From Dermatophilaceae bacterium (GTDB lineage Bacteria > Actinomycetota > Actinomycetes > Actinomycetales > Dermatophilaceae), in the NCBI GenBank assembly GCA_035633615.1, contig DASQEP010000075.1:1-64000 (forward strand): a stretch of DNA of 64,000 nt. Reading direction: 5' to 3'. Made by a program: the position numbers and the translations under genes. The stretch's first letter is position 1. Each line of letters starts with the position of its first letter. Positions 16,145-26,117 of this stretch are shown here, piece by piece. The notes under the pieces are model-generated. The model searched no databases. It had not been told where the DNA came from and was given only the letters and a program-made list of their open reading frames with translations.

Positions 16145-16907
16145 CCAGGTCCGACCGACGTTGGGCCGACGCCGAGGCGTACAGGCACACGGTCGCGGCC
16201 ATCGCCACGTTGAGCGACTCGGCACGCCCGTACAGGGGCACCCGAGCGGCTGCATCGCAGGCCGCGCGGACCTCCTCGGGCAGTCCCCAGGCCTCGTTCC
16301 CGATGATCCAGGCATGCGGGACGGACAGGTCGAGATCGTGCACCGAGCTTTCGGCTCGCCCGTCCGCGGCGATGGTGCGCACCCCGGCGGCCCGCAGCCG
16401 GTCCAGCAGCTGGCTGACCGGCAGCCCCAGCACGATCGGGAGGTGGAACAAGGACCCAGCGCTGGCCCGGACCGCCTTCGGGTTGTACACGTCCACGCTG
16501 GCATCGGACACCAACACGGCGTCGGCGCCGGCCGCGTCGGCCGCCCGCACCACCGTCCCGGCGTTTCCAGGGTCACGAACGTGGGCGAGCAGCACCAGCA
16601 GCCGCGGCCGGCCGGCCAGCACGTCCTCGGGCGAGCGTTCCAGCCGCCGGCACACCGCGAGGACACCCTGCGGGGTGCGGGTATCGCTGATTCTGGCCAG
16701 GACCCGGGCGTCGACCTCGCGGATCGCCACTCCGGCGGACCGTGCGGCGGCCAGACTCTCCCCCACCCGGTGGCTGGCCGACGGGTCGACGTACAGCTCC
16801 ACGATCGAGTCCGGGCACCAGGTCAACGCCTCACGGACCACCTGCGGGCCCTCGGCCAGGAACAGGCCGCGCTCCTCGCGGGCCGAGCGGCGGGCCAGTG
16901 CACGCAC
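16134..16907 (-). CDS. TrmH/SpoU-family RNA 2'-O-methyltransferase
   Basis: 257 aa with the SpoU methylase fold (…LFLAEGPQVVREAL…LVLLAHVRDPGNAGTVVRAADAAGADAVLV…). Same position as tsnR-like genes upstream of rplT in actinobacteria. Confidence 0.8.
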   Translation of the reverse strand: MRALARRSAREERGLFLAEGPQVVREALTWCPDSIVELYVDPSASHRVGESLAAARSAGVAIREVDARVLARISDTRTPQGVLAVCRRLERSPEDVLAGRPRLLVLLAHVRDPGNAGTVVRAADAAGADAVLVSDASVDVYNPKAVRASAGSLFHLPIVLGLPVSQLLDRLRAAGVRTIAADGRAESSVHDLDLSVPHAWIIGNEAWGLPEEVRAACDAAARVPLYGRAESLNVAMAATVCLYASASAQRRSDLDGG

Positions 16908-16936
16908 GGAGGCGATCCGTGGCCCCTTCGTCGCGG

Positions 16937-17344
16937 TCAGGCCGCGTCCGTCGAATCGCTGCGGGCCGGGCCGCCCTGCGTGGGCTGGGCCGGAAGGGCC
17001 GCCTTGGCCGCATCCACGAGCACCGCGAACGCCGGGGCGTCGTTGACCGCCAGCTCAGCGAGCATGCGCCGGTCCACCTCGATACCGGCGGCCTTCAACC
17101 CCTGGATGAACCGGTTGTAGGTCATGCCGTGACTGCGTGCGGCCGCGTTGATCCGCTGGATCCACAGCCGACGAAAGTCGCCCTTGCGCGCGCGGCGGTC
17201 CCGGTAGGCGTACACCAGGGAGTGGGTAACTTGCTCTTTGGCCTTGCGGTAGAGCCGGGACCGCTGACCGCGGTAGCCGCTGGCGCGCTCCAGGACGACC
17301 CGACGCTTCTTGTGGGCGTTGACCGCCCGTTTCACGCGTGCCAC
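16937..17344 (-). CDS. rplT: 50S ribosomal protein L20
   Basis: [26 protein letters not shown]... GTG start with AAGAGGAG Shine-Dalgarno. Confidence 0.95.
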   Translation of the reverse strand: MARVKRAVNAHKKRRVVLERASGYRGQRSRLYRKAKEQVTHSLVYAYRDRRARKGDFRRLWIQRINAAARSHGMTYNRFIQGLKAAGIEVDRRMLAELAVNDAPAFAVLVDAAKAALPAQPTQGGPARSDSTDAA

Positions 17345-17371
17345 GTGAGTACTCCTCTTTCGTCATCCGGC

Positions 17372-17406
17372 CCGGCACCGCCGCCCTATCAGGGCGGCGG
17401 TGCCGG
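17372..17406 (-). other. Perfect 15-bp-stem hairpin (5-nt loop) in rpmI-rplT intergenic region
   Basis: ccggcaccgccgccc tatca gggcggcggtgccgg; no U-tract follows. Confidence 0.6.
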
Positions 17407-17437
17407 CGCCGGCGTGTGCTGGTCGGCTGGGTGGCGA

Positions 17438-17632
17438 CTACGTGCCGAGCAATCGCTTGATCCGCTTGACGTCGGCCTTGGCCACCACGACGTCGCCGGC
17501 GATGCGGCGTTTGAAGGTGCTGGACTTGTGCTCCAGCAGATGGCGTCCGCCGGCCTGTTCGCGCATCACTTTGCCGGTGCCAGTGAGCCGGAATCGCTTC
17601 TTCGCCCCGCTGTGGGTCTTGTTCTTCGGCAT
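17438..17632 (-). CDS. rpmI: 50S ribosomal protein L35
   Basis: [24 protein letters not shown]... Confidence 0.95.
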   Translation of the reverse strand: MPKNKTHSGAKKRFRLTGTGKVMREQAGGRHLLEHKSSTFKRRIAGDVVVAKADVKRIKRLLGT

Positions 17633-17672
17633 GTCGCCGGTCTCCTTCTGTCGAACGGTACGGGGGTCCTGT

Positions 17673-18752
17673 TCAGGACCGCGGAGCGGACGGCTTGGCC
17701 CGGGTCAGGGACGGTTTGGCCGCGGGTCCCGGTTTGGCCGCCGGTGCGGGCTTGGTCGCGGGCACGGGTTTGGCCGCGGGTGCGGGTTTCGCCGCAGGCG
17801 AAGGCTTCGCAGCGGGTGCTGGGGGGGTACTCGTCGTGGGTGCCGCGGCGGGCTTGGTGGCGACCGCAGGCTTCGTCAGGGCGCTGTCCTGCGCCGGCTG
17901 GTCTGCTGGCTGGTCAGCCGCCTGTAGAGCCGGCCGCGGTGCGGGCTCTTCTGTCGGCTGTTCTGCGGGCCGCGGTGTCGGCTGCTGGGCCGGCTCGGGG
18001 CCAGGTTCCGAAGCGGGTGGCGAGGACGGCTGCTGCACGAGCTGTGGGGCCGGGGCAGCAGCTGGGGCGGGGACCGCCGCGACCGCGTCACCCTGGCTGG
18101 AACCGCCCGGGTCCGTCTGCACCGGAGTCGACGACCGATCCTCAGGACCCGCCGGCTCCGGGCGCTGATCGGGAGCGGCCCGGATCGCGTCGTCGCGCTT
18201 GCGGCGCTGCTCGGCGCGGGCATCGGCCTTCTTCTTCGTCGGGCCGAGCACCATGATCATGTTCCGGCCGTCCTGCTTCGGGGAGCTCTCCACGAAGCCG
18301 AGCTCGACCACGTCCTGGGCGAGGCGCTGCAACAGCCGGAAGCCGAGCTCGGGTCGGGACTGCTCGCGGCCGCGGAACATGATCGTCACCTTGACCTTGT
18401 CACCGGCCGACAGGAACCGCTCGACGTGGCCGCGCTTGGTGCCGTAGTCGTGCGGGTCGATCTTGGGCCGGAGCTTGATCTCCTTGATGACGGTGTTGAC
18501 CTGGTTCTTGCGGGCTTCCCGTGCCTTGAGCGCCGCCTCGTACTTGTACTTGCCGAAGTCCATGAGCTTGGCCACCGGTGGGTTGGCCATCGGGGCCACC
18601 TCGACGAGGTCCAGATCGGCCTCGGCGGCCAGCCGAAGTGCATCCTCGACCAGGACGATGCCGACCTGTTCGCCGTTGGGCCCGACCAACCGCACTTTCG
18701 GGACGCGGATCCGGTCATTGATGCGAGGGTCGCTGATGTTGCGCTCCTTCAT
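17673..18752 (-). CDS. infC: Translation initiation factor IF-3 with ~170-aa Pro/Ala/Lys-rich C-terminal extension
   Basis: N-terminal ~180 aa is canonical IF-3 (…[14 protein letters not shown]…[25 protein letters not shown]…VTIMFRGRE…). Tail is low-complexity (…[26 protein letters not shown]…). Confidence 0.9.
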   Translation of the reverse strand: MKERNISDPRINDRIRVPKVRLVGPNGEQVGIVLVEDALRLAAEADLDLVEVAPMANPPVAKLMDFGKYKYEAALKAREARKNQVNTVIKEIKLRPKIDPHDYGTKRGHVERFLSAGDKVKVTIMFRGREQSRPELGFRLLQRLAQDVVELGFVESSPKQDGRNMIMVLGPTKKKADARAEQRRKRDDAIRAAPDQRPEPAGPEDRSSTPVQTDPGGSSQGDAVAAVPAPAAAPAPQLVQQPSSPPASEPGPEPAQQPTPRPAEQPTEEPAPRPALQAADQPADQPAQDSALTKPAVATKPAAAPTTSTPPAPAAKPSPAAKPAPAAKPVPATKPAPAAKPGPAAKPSLTRAKPSAPRS

Positions 18753-18883
18753 GCTCGTTGCTCGTGACTGCTCGGTGCTCGTGCTGTGTGGCTAGATGGT
18801 CTGTGGGCGGGGTGTCCCCGACCGTCATTGGCCGGGACCGTGCCCACGCCACCGACATCAGGTACGCGACCGCGAGAAGACGC

Positions 18884-18920
18884 AAAAAGGCTCCTCACTG
18901 GTCACCGCCATCGAGGAGCC
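18884..18920 (-). terminator. Intrinsic terminator-like hairpin (8-bp GC stem, 16-nt loop, U5 tail) between MFS gene and infC
   Basis: Plus strand aaaaaGGCTCCTCactggtcaccgccatcGAGGAGCC; on the minus strand this is stem-loop followed by TTTTT. Confidence 0.55.
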
Positions 18921-19115
18921 CTGCCACACACGACACAGCCCAGGGTGCCGGGCGCACGGCTGTGGGCCGTCGGCGCACCGTCTGGAGCCGCAGACCCGGC
19001 GACCTACTGGTCGACGCGGGTGGAAGCGTCTGGCGTGGCTTCTCTTTGGGTAGCCTGACGTCGGCGTGCACATCAGACCACCCTCACTATACCCCCGGGG
19101 TCCCAACACCGCCGA

Positions 19116-20372
19116 TCACCGGCGAGTGATGGCCCCGGCGGGATCGGGTGCGTCGGCGCGGTCGGGCACTCGGCGGCGTCGCCGGCGCCAAGCCCGGTGC
19201 CGGGTCAGCGACCCAGACCCGAGCGAGACGGCGCCGACCAGCATCCCGAGGGCCGCCACCAGAAGGAAGCCGCGGGCCGAACCACCGGCATCGATGGCGA
19301 TACCCGCGACCGGGCCTCCGGCGGCGGACCCAGCGGTCAGGAACGAGGAATGCCAGCCGAGCGCCTCACCACGGCTGTCCTCCGGCGCCACCTGACTGAG
19401 CTGGTCGAGTGTGGCGATCAGGGTGGGAGCGCACAGCAGCCCGGCGATCAGGCAAAGCAGGCTGATGGTCCAGATGGTGCCGGCCCAGGCCAGCGGTGCG
19501 GTCACGGCCGCGAGTGCCACCAGGAGCAGGCCGGCCGGCAGGGGCCGGGGTAGCGCCCCGTAGACCAGCCCCCCGACCGCGGAACCCAGGCCCCAGATCG
19601 ACATGACCCAGCCGAGGTGCTCCGGGTGGCCCGCCTCACGCAGGCCGGCGACCAAACCCAGCTCCGTCCCGGTCAGCACCAGGGTGGCGGCCGCTGCGAT
19701 GACACAGGCGACCACGGCGGCGGCCGGGAGACGACCAGGCCGGGATCGCGCCGGTGTGACGCGGGGCGGGGAGTCCTGATCCGCAGGGGTGTCCGAACGC
19801 ATCGGCGGGTCGAGCAACCAGACCGCCGCCACCCCCAGGACGAGGAGCATCTGCACGCCCAACAGGACCCACCCGGTCGGCCACCGGGTGGCGGCCCATA
19901 CTCCGGCCAGCGGCCCGATCATGAATGACAGCTCGATCGACAGGGAGTCCATCGCCAACGCGCCGCGGCGCATCGGTGCCGGCGTCAGCGTCAGGATGGC
20001 CTGCCGGATGACGGCCATGACCGGGGCGTTGAGAAGCCCGGCCAGACCCACCAGGACCAGCATGGGCAGGTAGTCGACGAACGGCGCGGCCGCCCAGCCC
20101 ACGGTCATGACCACCAACGAGGGGTTCAGCGTTCGGCGCAGGCCGACCCGGTCCAGTACCCGGCCCCGCCAGGGGGCGCCCGCGGCCATGGCGGCGGTGA
20201 CCACGAACCCGGCCACACCCGCCTGTGCATAGCTGCCCTGCAGGGGACCGGTGACATGCAGCGTGAGCACCAGCAGACCAGCGAACATCGGTACCCGCAC
20301 CGCCGCGCCCAGCAGCAGCAACCTCGGCACTCCCGGGACACCGAGAACGCGCCGGTAGGAGGCCAGATCCAT
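19116..20372 (-). CDS. MFS transporter
   Basis: About 12 predicted TM segments with a typical MFS loop motif region (…GRVLDRVGLRR…). Start uncertain (ATG at 20390 or 20372). Confidence 0.8.
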   Translation of the reverse strand: MDLASYRRVLGVPGVPRLLLLGAAVRVPMFAGLLVLTLHVTGPLQGSYAQAGVAGFVVTAAMAAGAPWRGRVLDRVGLRRTLNPSLVVMTVGWAAAPFVDYLPMLVLVGLAGLLNAPVMAVIRQAILTLTPAPMRRGALAMDSLSIELSFMIGPLAGVWAATRWPTGWVLLGVQMLLVLGVAAVWLLDPPMRSDTPADQDSPPRVTPARSRPGRLPAAAVVACVIAAAATLVLTGTELGLVAGLREAGHPEHLGWVMSIWGLGSAVGGLVYGALPRPLPAGLLLVALAAVTAPLAWAGTIWTISLLCLIAGLLCAPTLIATLDQLSQVAPEDSRGEALGWHSSFLTAGSAAGGPVAGIAIDAGGSARGFLLVAALGMLVGAVSLGSGSLTRHRAWRRRRRRVPDRADAPDPAGAITRR

Positions 20373-20463
20373 GTCATCAGGCTGGCACAAGAGCTCACCG
20401 CCGCGCGACGCCGTTTCGCTTCAGGGCCTCCAGAGAACCCCGCGTGAACCGGATCAGGCTCCT

Positions 20464-20480
20464 ACTTGAATGAGTCAAGT
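20464..20480. promoter_or_regulatory. Candidate FurA operator (AT-rich palindrome ACTTGAatgagTCAAGT) in furA promoter
   Basis: 6-bp inverted arms separated by 5 nt, 23-39 nt upstream of the furA ATG; AT-rich against a >70% GC background. Confidence 0.4.
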
Positions 20481-20502
20481 TTATGGGTGGAGAATGTGCG
20501 TC

Positions 20503-21018
20503 ATGGAATCGGCGGAGCAGTCGCTGCGGCAGGCGCGTCTGCGCGTCACCCGGCCGCGGGTGGCCGTCCTGGTCGCCGTCCAGGACAATCCCCATGCCGA
20601 CGTGGAGACCATCACCGCCGCGGTCCGGTGCCGCCTCGACCGTGTCTCCGTCCAGGCGATCTACGACATTCTGCGCGTGCTCACCGAAGCCGGACTGGTC
20701 CGGCGCATCGAGCCGGCGGGGTCACCCAGCCGGTACGAGGCCCGGGTCGGCGACAATCACCATCACGTCGTCTGCCGCCGCTGCGGCGCCGTGGCGGACG
20801 TGGAGTGCGTCGTCGGCGCCCGCCCGTGCCTGAAGGCCGTCGACGACCACGGTTACCTCATCGACGAGGCCGAGGTGACCTACTGGGGGCTGTGCCCGGC
20901 TTGCCGGTCGGCCCGGTCCGACCTCGAACCCGCACAACCCGCCCGTGCGCCCCAACCACCGCCGTCCGCTCCGTCTGCGGGCGAGCCCGTCCCAGTCCAC
21001 CCCGAGGAGAGAGCATGA
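20503..21018 (+). CDS. furA: Fur-family transcriptional regulator (FurA-like, peroxide/iron)
   Basis: [23 protein letters not shown]… DNA-binding helix; metal site [10 protein letters not shown]…C. Stop TGA overlaps the catalase ATG (ATGA), the same arrangement as mycobacterial furA-katG. Confidence 0.85.
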   Translation: MESAEQSLRQARLRVTRPRVAVLVAVQDNPHADVETITAAVRCRLDRVSVQAIYDILRVLTEAGLVRRIEPAGSPSRYEARVGDNHHHVVCRRCGAVADVECVVGARPCLKAVDDHGYLIDEAEVTYWGLCPACRSARSDLEPAQPARAPQPPPSAPSAGEPVPVHPEERA

Positions 21019-22589
21019 CGATCAAACCGACCGACGTTCCCCATTCCGGCGCCGACGACACCGGCTCCACCCTGGTCAACGGGGCACCGACCCCGAGCGA
21101 TCAGAACAGCCTCAGCCTGGGCCCGAACGGCCCGCTGCTGCTGCACGACACCCACCTGCTGGACACCCTGGCGCACTTCAACCGGGAGAACATTCCCGAG
21201 CGCAAGCCGCACGCCAAGGGCTCCGGGGCGTTCGGTACCTTCACGGTCACCCATAACGTGAGCCGGTACACCAAGGCCGCCGTGCTCCAGCCCGGCGCCA
21301 CGACCCGCGCGCTGGCCCGGTTCTCCACCGTGGCCGGTGAACTGGGCTCCGCCGACACCTGGCGGGACGTCCGCGGCTTCGCCCTGCGCTTCTACACCAC
21401 CGAGGGCAACTGGGACATGGTCGGCAACAACACCCCGGTGTTCTTCGTCCGGGACCCGATGAAGTTCCCCCACTTCATCCGCTCGCAGAAGCGCTTGCCG
21501 GACTCGGGCCTGCGGGACAACCAGATGCAGTGGGACTTCTGGAGTCACACCCCGGAGTCGGCGCACCAGGTGACCTACTTGATGGGTGACCGGGGGCTGC
21601 CACGGACCTGGCGGCATATGAACGGCTACGGCTCGCACACCTACATGTGGGTCAACGCCGCGGGCGATCGGTTCTGGGTGAAGTTCCACTTCCACACCCA
21701 GCAGGGCGTGCAGAACCTCAGCGGGTCCGACGCGACGAGGATCGCCGGCGAGGACGGCGACTTCCACCGCCGCGACCTGTTCAACTCCATCGCCGACGGC
21801 GACTACCCGTCGTGGAAGCTGTCCGTGCAGGTGATGCCTTACGAGGAGGCGAAGAGCTACCGGTTCAACCCCTTCGACCTGACGAAGGTCTGGCCGCACA
21901 GCGACTACCCGCTCATCGAGGTCGGCACGCTGACGCTGAACGAGAACCCGGCCAACCACTTCGCCCAGATCGAGCAGGCCAGTTTCGCCCCGAGCAACGT
22001 CGTTCCCGGGATCGGCTTCTCCCCGGACAAGATGCTGCTGGCCCGGGTGTTCTCCTATGCCGACGCACACCGGGCCCGGATCGGCTCGAACTTCCACCAA
22101 CTCCCGGTCAACCAGCCGATCGTGCCGGCGACGAACCTCTACAACTTCGACGGCCAGATGGCCTACCAGCACACCTCGGACCAGCCGACCTACGCCCCGA
22201 ACAGCAAGGGCCGCTCATACGCCGACGAGCAGGGCCCGGCGGACAACGGATGGGAGGCCGACGGGGCGATGGTCCGTTCGGCGTACCAGCTGCACCCGCA
22301 GGACGACGACTTCGCTCAGGCGGGTTCCCTCGTCCGAGAGGTCATGGACGAGGCACAGCTGGAACGACTGGTCGACTCGGTTGCTGGGCACCTGCTCGGC
22401 GGCGTCCACGGTGAGGTGCTGGAGCGTGCCTTCTGGTACTGGCAGCAGATCGACGCCGAGGTGGGCAAGAAGATCGAGGCGAAGGTGCGCGCCCAGGCCG
22501 CCGGGGCCGACAACCCTGGCGGGGAGGCGGCGGCAGCCCAGCAGACCTCGACCCCGATCCCGCAGACGGCGACGTACGCGCGGAGCTGA
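21015..22589 (+). CDS. katA: Monofunctional heme catalase
   Basis: …[22 protein letters not shown]… plus distal-His and proximal-Tyr regions; 524 aa. Confidence 0.93.
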   Translation: MTIKPTDVPHSGADDTGSTLVNGAPTPSDQNSLSLGPNGPLLLHDTHLLDTLAHFNRENIPERKPHAKGSGAFGTFTVTHNVSRYTKAAVLQPGATTRALARFSTVAGELGSADTWRDVRGFALRFYTTEGNWDMVGNNTPVFFVRDPMKFPHFIRSQKRLPDSGLRDNQMQWDFWSHTPESAHQVTYLMGDRGLPRTWRHMNGYGSHTYMWVNAAGDRFWVKFHFHTQQGVQNLSGSDATRIAGEDGDFHRRDLFNSIADGDYPSWKLSVQVMPYEEAKSYRFNPFDLTKVWPHSDYPLIEVGTLTLNENPANHFAQIEQASFAPSNVVPGIGFSPDKMLLARVFSYADAHRARIGSNFHQLPVNQPIVPATNLYNFDGQMAYQHTSDQPTYAPNSKGRSYADEQGPADNGWEADGAMVRSAYQLHPQDDDFAQAGSLVREVMDEAQLERLVDSVAGHLLGGVHGEVLERAFWYWQQIDAEVGKKIEAKVRAQAAGADNPGGEAAAAQQTSTPIPQTATYARS

Positions 22590-22610
22590 CTGACCGGCAG
22601 ACCCCGTCGG

Positions 22611-23315
22611 TCAATTCCGGGGGGGGCCGGCCGGTCGCAGCGAGAAGGCGACGTCGTCCAGCCGGACCCGCACGTCCGGGTCCGCTGCGAGGCGCTGCCC
22701 GATCCGGGTGACCAGGTCGGCCACCTCACCCTCGGTGAGGCCGGCGGCGACGCCGAGCCTCACCAGCAGTGTCCCGGCGCCGGGGGCGCCCTCGTCAGGG
22801 GTGACCGCCTGGACGTCACTCTCGCGCCCCACGGCGGCCGACAGCGCCGCCAGCACCACCGGATCGAGGTGGGCGGGCAGCCAGTCCCGTCCGGTCAGCA
22901 ACGCCCACATCATGCTGGGGCGCAGCACCCGTTCGTGGCCGCTGCGTGGGTCGACGACGATGGCGTCGAAGTTCCCGTCCAGGGCGGCGCGGGCGGCCTC
23001 CCGGGTGACGGCGGGCAGGGGTCGGCTGGCGGGGTCCCACGCGGCGAGTGCCTCGACACCGGAGAACGCGAGCATGCCACGCCGACCGTCCGGGGCGACG
23101 AGGCTGACCGTTGCAATCGGCGCCACCGATCCGTGGTCGTGGTCGTGGTCGTGGTCGTGTTCACCCGCTGGCAGGGGGACCACCGGCAGCAAGACCCGGG
23201 CGGTGGCCAGCGCCGCCATCAGAGCCCGCTCGTCCGGGTCGGCCAGCGCGGCCAGCACGCTCGGATCCGCCGTGCCGTCGTCTCCGGCGAACGAGTACCC
23301 AGCCGGTAGGCTCAC
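22611..23315 (-). CDS. Hypothetical protein, SseB-family-like, containing (His-Asp)5 repeat
   Basis: GTG start (VSLPAGYSF…) overlaps the priA stop (GTGA). The 379-aa track ORF is over-extended into priA. Contains [11 protein letters not shown], encoded by a (GTGGTC)n hexanucleotide repeat. Confidence 0.5.
   Translation of the reverse strand: MSLPAGYSFAGDDGTADPSVLAALADPDERALMAALATARVLLPVVPLPAGEHDHDHDHDHGSVAPIATVSLVAPDGRRGMLAFSGVEALAAWDPASRPLPAVTREAARAALDGNFDAIVVDPRSGHERVLRPSMMWALLTGRDWLPAHLDPVVLAALSAAVGRESDVQAVTPDEGAPGAGTLLVRLGVAAGLTEGEVADLVTRIGQRLAADPDVRVRLDDVAFSLRPAGPPRN
23133..23159. repeat. In-frame hexanucleotide repeat (GTGGTC)x4.5 encoding (HD)n
   Basis: gtggtcgtggtcgtggtcgtggtcgtg read directly. 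Confidence 0.85.
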
Positions 23316-24190
23316 CGCCGGCCGGCGACGTCGAGCGCCTCGGCCAGCGTGAAGTGACCCTGGTAGAGGGCCGACCCGACGATGGCGCCCTCGACGCCGT
23401 CCGCAACCAGGCGTCGCACCTCGGCGATGTCGGCGAGCGACGAGATGCCGCCGGAGGCGACCACCGGTCGATCGGTATGCTCGCAGACCGCCCGCAGCAG
23501 CGCGAGGTTCGGTCCGGCAAGCATGCCGTCCTTGGCCACATCGGTGACCACGTACCGGGCGCAACCCTCCCGGTCCAGGCGCTCGAGGGTTTCCCACAGG
23601 TTGCCACCCTCCCGGGTCCAGCCGCGCGCGGCGAGGGTGCTTCCGCGCACGTCCAGGCCGATGGCCACCCGGTCGCCGTAGCTGGCGATGGCCCAGGCCG
23701 TCCACGCGGGGTCCTCGAGGGCGGCGGTGCCGATGTTGACCCGCCGACATCCGGTGGCCAGGGCCCGCTCCAGGCTCTCGGTGTCACGGATCCCGCCGGA
23801 CAACTCCACGTCAATGTCGAGGCGGCGCACGATGTCAAGGATGGTCGGGTAGTTCGAGCCGCGGGCGAAAGCCGCGTCGAGGTCGACCAGGTGCAACCAG
23901 GTGGCTCCCTGCCGCTGCCACCCGCTGGCCGCCGCCCAGGGATCCCCGTACTGCCAGCCGCTGCCGGCGACCCCCTGCTGCAGCTGCACCGCCTGCCCGT
24001 CCACTACGTCGACAGCCGGCAGCAGCTCGAGCACCGGCACGGGGGACTCGGCACCCTGCATCGTGGTCGAGGCTGTGGGCGAGGCAATTGTCGCGCCGAT
24101 CGGCGAGGCGGCGGCGGCCTCGGGGACGACGGGCGGGTTCTGGGCAGTCATCGGCATCTCCTGGTCGCGGCGTGGAACGGGGACAGGCAC
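23312..24190 (-). CDS. priA: Phosphoribosyl isomerase A (HisA/PriA, (beta/alpha)8 barrel)
   Basis: …[17 protein letters not shown]…GGIRD…ASGGISSL… Start uncertain: ATG at 24190, 24157 or 24061. Canonical HisA core begins near 24061. Confidence 0.88.
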   Translation of the reverse strand: MPVPVPRRDQEMPMTAQNPPVVPEAAAASPIGATIASPTASTTMQGAESPVPVLELLPAVDVVDGQAVQLQQGVAGSGWQYGDPWAAASGWQRQGATWLHLVDLDAAFARGSNYPTILDIVRRLDIDVELSGGIRDTESLERALATGCRRVNIGTAALEDPAWTAWAIASYGDRVAIGLDVRGSTLAARGWTREGGNLWETLERLDREGCARYVVTDVAKDGMLAGPNLALLRAVCEHTDRPVVASGGISSLADIAEVRRLVADGVEGAIVGSALYQGHFTLAEALDVAGRR

Positions 24191-24203
24191 GGGTGGCGAC
24201 CAC

Positions 24204-24845
24204 TCACAGGGTGGCCAGCCAGTTCGTCAGCAACCGGGCGCCGGCGTCGCCGGACTTCTCCGGGTGGAACTGGGTGGCCGACAGCGGCCCGTTCTCCACG
24301 GCGGCCACGAACGCACCACCGTGGTCGGCCCAGGTGACCAGCGGTTCGGCGGCCGCGAACGGACCGCGTGGGCGCAGCGTCCAGTCCACTGCGGCGTAGG
24401 AGTGCACGAAGTAGAACCGTTCGGACTCCACTCCTGAGAACAGTCGGCTACCGCGAGCGCTGCGGACCGCACTCCATCCCATATGCGGGACGACATCGGC
24501 GGCCAACCGCTCGACCGTCCCGGGCCACTGCCCCAGCCCTTCCTCTGGGTGCCCCACGCTGGCCTCGGTGGATCCGTCGAAGAGAGCCTGCATGCCCACG
24601 CACACCCCCAGGACGGGCCGGCCGCGGGCCAGTCTGGTGTCGATCAGGCGCGGCCCGTCGACGGCCCGCAGCGCGCGCAGGCAGGCGTGGAAGTTGCCGA
24701 CGCCGGGCACGAACAGCCCGTCCGCGGCGAGCGCCGCCTCCAGGTCGGCGGTCAGCCGGACCCGTGCACCGACCCGTTCCAGCATCCGCACGGCGGAGCG
24801 GACGTTGCCACTGCCGTAGTCGAGCACGACGACGCTGGGGGCCAC
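24204..24845 (-). CDS. hisH: Imidazole glycerol phosphate synthase, glutamine amidotransferase subunit
   Basis: [18 protein letters not shown]… and catalytic Cys (GVCVGMQ). GTG start overlapping the upstream ORF stop. Confidence 0.92.
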   Translation of the reverse strand: MAPSVVVLDYGSGNVRSAVRMLERVGARVRLTADLEAALAADGLFVPGVGNFHACLRALRAVDGPRLIDTRLARGRPVLGVCVGMQALFDGSTEASVGHPEEGLGQWPGTVERLAADVVPHMGWSAVRSARGSRLFSGVESERFYFVHSYAAVDWTLRPRGPFAAAEPLVTWADHGGAFVAAVENGPLSATQFHPEKSGDAGARLLTNWLATL

Positions 24846-25516
24846 TAGAACCCCAGCTCGGCTCGGTACCGGTTCTCCTCGACGACGACCCGGTCAAAGG
24901 CGCGTGCGTGCCTGGGGTGCGGCGCGACAGTCTGGGCACCGGGCAGTTCGGTGGGGTCCGTCAGACCGGCGAGCACCTCGATCCCGGGCAGTCCGAGGGC
25001 TGCGAACAGGGCCGCCAGCACGCCGGGGGCATCCCGGCCACCATCTCGCAGGATGGCCCGCAGCACCCGCTCGGTGTCATCGACCTCCTCGGGCGGCACC
25101 GTTGCGGCGGCGGCGATGATGTCGATAGGCCGGGCCGGCGCCAGGTCGGACACCGTCACCAGGGCCTCCCCCGGTGTCCACATCGCCCACCGGGTCACCG
25201 CCCGCCACCGCCTGCCGTGCACCGTCACCACGGCCTGCCTGCCGACCTGGAAGAACCCCAAGGCCGGGCGCATTCGCAGTCCCACGGGCCGGCCGGCCAA
25301 CACCCGGACCGCGTCGGCGTACGGCGGCCTCGCCGCGGGCTGCCCGGCGGGTGTCACGAGGGTCCAGCCGTCCAGTGAGGCCACCGTCGCCGGCCCCAGG
25401 CCGCGTCTCGCCCAAGCCAGAGCGGCCTCCGGCCGGCATCCGGACATGACCATCCCGCGGCCCACCCCCACCCGTCGGGGGCGTGCCGCGGCCCGTTTAG
25501 AGGCTGCCTTTGGCAC
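24845..25516 (-). CDS. Conserved hypothetical protein embedded between hisB and hisH
   Basis: 223-aa ORF filling the 650-bp hisB-hisH gap in the operon strand and frame. Protein-like, non-RGP composition; no recognisable motif. Start uncertain. Confidence 0.5.
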   Translation of the reverse strand: MPKAASKRAAARPRRVGVGRGMVMSGCRPEAALAWARRGLGPATVASLDGWTLVTPAGQPAARPPYADAVRVLAGRPVGLRMRPALGFFQVGRQAVVTVHGRRWRAVTRWAMWTPGEALVTVSDLAPARPIDIIAAAATVPPEEVDDTERVLRAILRDGGRDAPGVLAALFAALGLPGIEVLAGLTDPTELPGAQTVAPHPRHARAFDRVVVEENRYRAELGF

Positions 25517-26117
25517 TTGGCACTCCGACCACTCGCGGATCCCGTTCGACGGCCTCCCGCAACGCCCGGGCCAGCGCCTTGAACTGGGCTTCGACGATGT
25601 GGTGCGGGTCCCTCCCGGACACCACTCGAACGTGCAAGGCCAAGCCGGCGTGGTGGGCCAAGGTCTCCAGGACGTGCCGGGTCATCGAGCCGACGTAGCA
25701 GCCACCGATGAGGACGTACTGCTGGCCCTCGGGCTCGCCGGAGTGGACCACGTACGGCCGTCCGGCGACGTCGACGACAACCTGGGCCAGGGCCTCGTCC
25801 AGGGGGACGGTGGCCTCACCGAACCGGCGGATCCCCACCTTGTCACCGAGGGCCTGGGCGATGGCATCGCCGAGCACGATGGCGACATCCTCGACGGTGT
25901 GGTGGCCGTCCACGTGGAGATCTCCGGTGGCTCGAACGCGCAGGTCGATGAGGCTGTGTTTGGCCAGCGAGGTCAGCATGTGGTCGTAGAACGGCACACC
26001 GGTCTCGACCTGGGCCTGACCGGTGCCGTCCAGGTCGATGGTCAGGTCCACCTGGCTCTCGCTGGTGCGACGGGTCAGGCTGGCCCGTCGAGGCGGGACG
26101 CTGGGGCCGTTAGTCAT
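25497..26117 (-). CDS. hisB: Imidazoleglycerol-phosphate dehydratase
   Basis: IGPD metal motifs (…[12 protein letters not shown]…; …DxHH…). Confidence 0.93.
   Translation of the reverse strand: MTNGPSVPPRRASLTRRTSESQVDLTIDLDGTGQAQVETGVPFYDHMLTSLAKHSLIDLRVRATGDLHVDGHHTVEDVAIVLGDAIAQALGDKVGIRRFGEATVPLDEALAQVVVDVAGRPYVVHSGEPEGQQYVLIGGCYVGSMTRHVLETLAHHAGLALHVRVVSGRDPHHIVEAQFKALARALREAVERDPRVVGVPSAKGSL

Noticed and set aside
17680-18230. Considered whether the IF-3 Pro/Ala-rich tail is a separate gene or a fused surface or ice-binding-like protein
   Set aside because: The reading frame is continuous from the canonical IF-3 core with no internal start or RBS, and the composition resembles the disordered tails seen on other proteins in this window (FtsI, FtsL). 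It is most simply one polypeptide, though a missed frameshift cannot be excluded without reads.
22589-22611. Short inverted repeat TGACCGgcagaccccgtCGGTCA in the 21-bp convergent gap between the catalase and SseB-like genes as a bidirectional terminator
   Set aside because: The stem is only 6 bp with an 11-nt loop and there is no flanking U/A tract on either strand. It is too weak to call.
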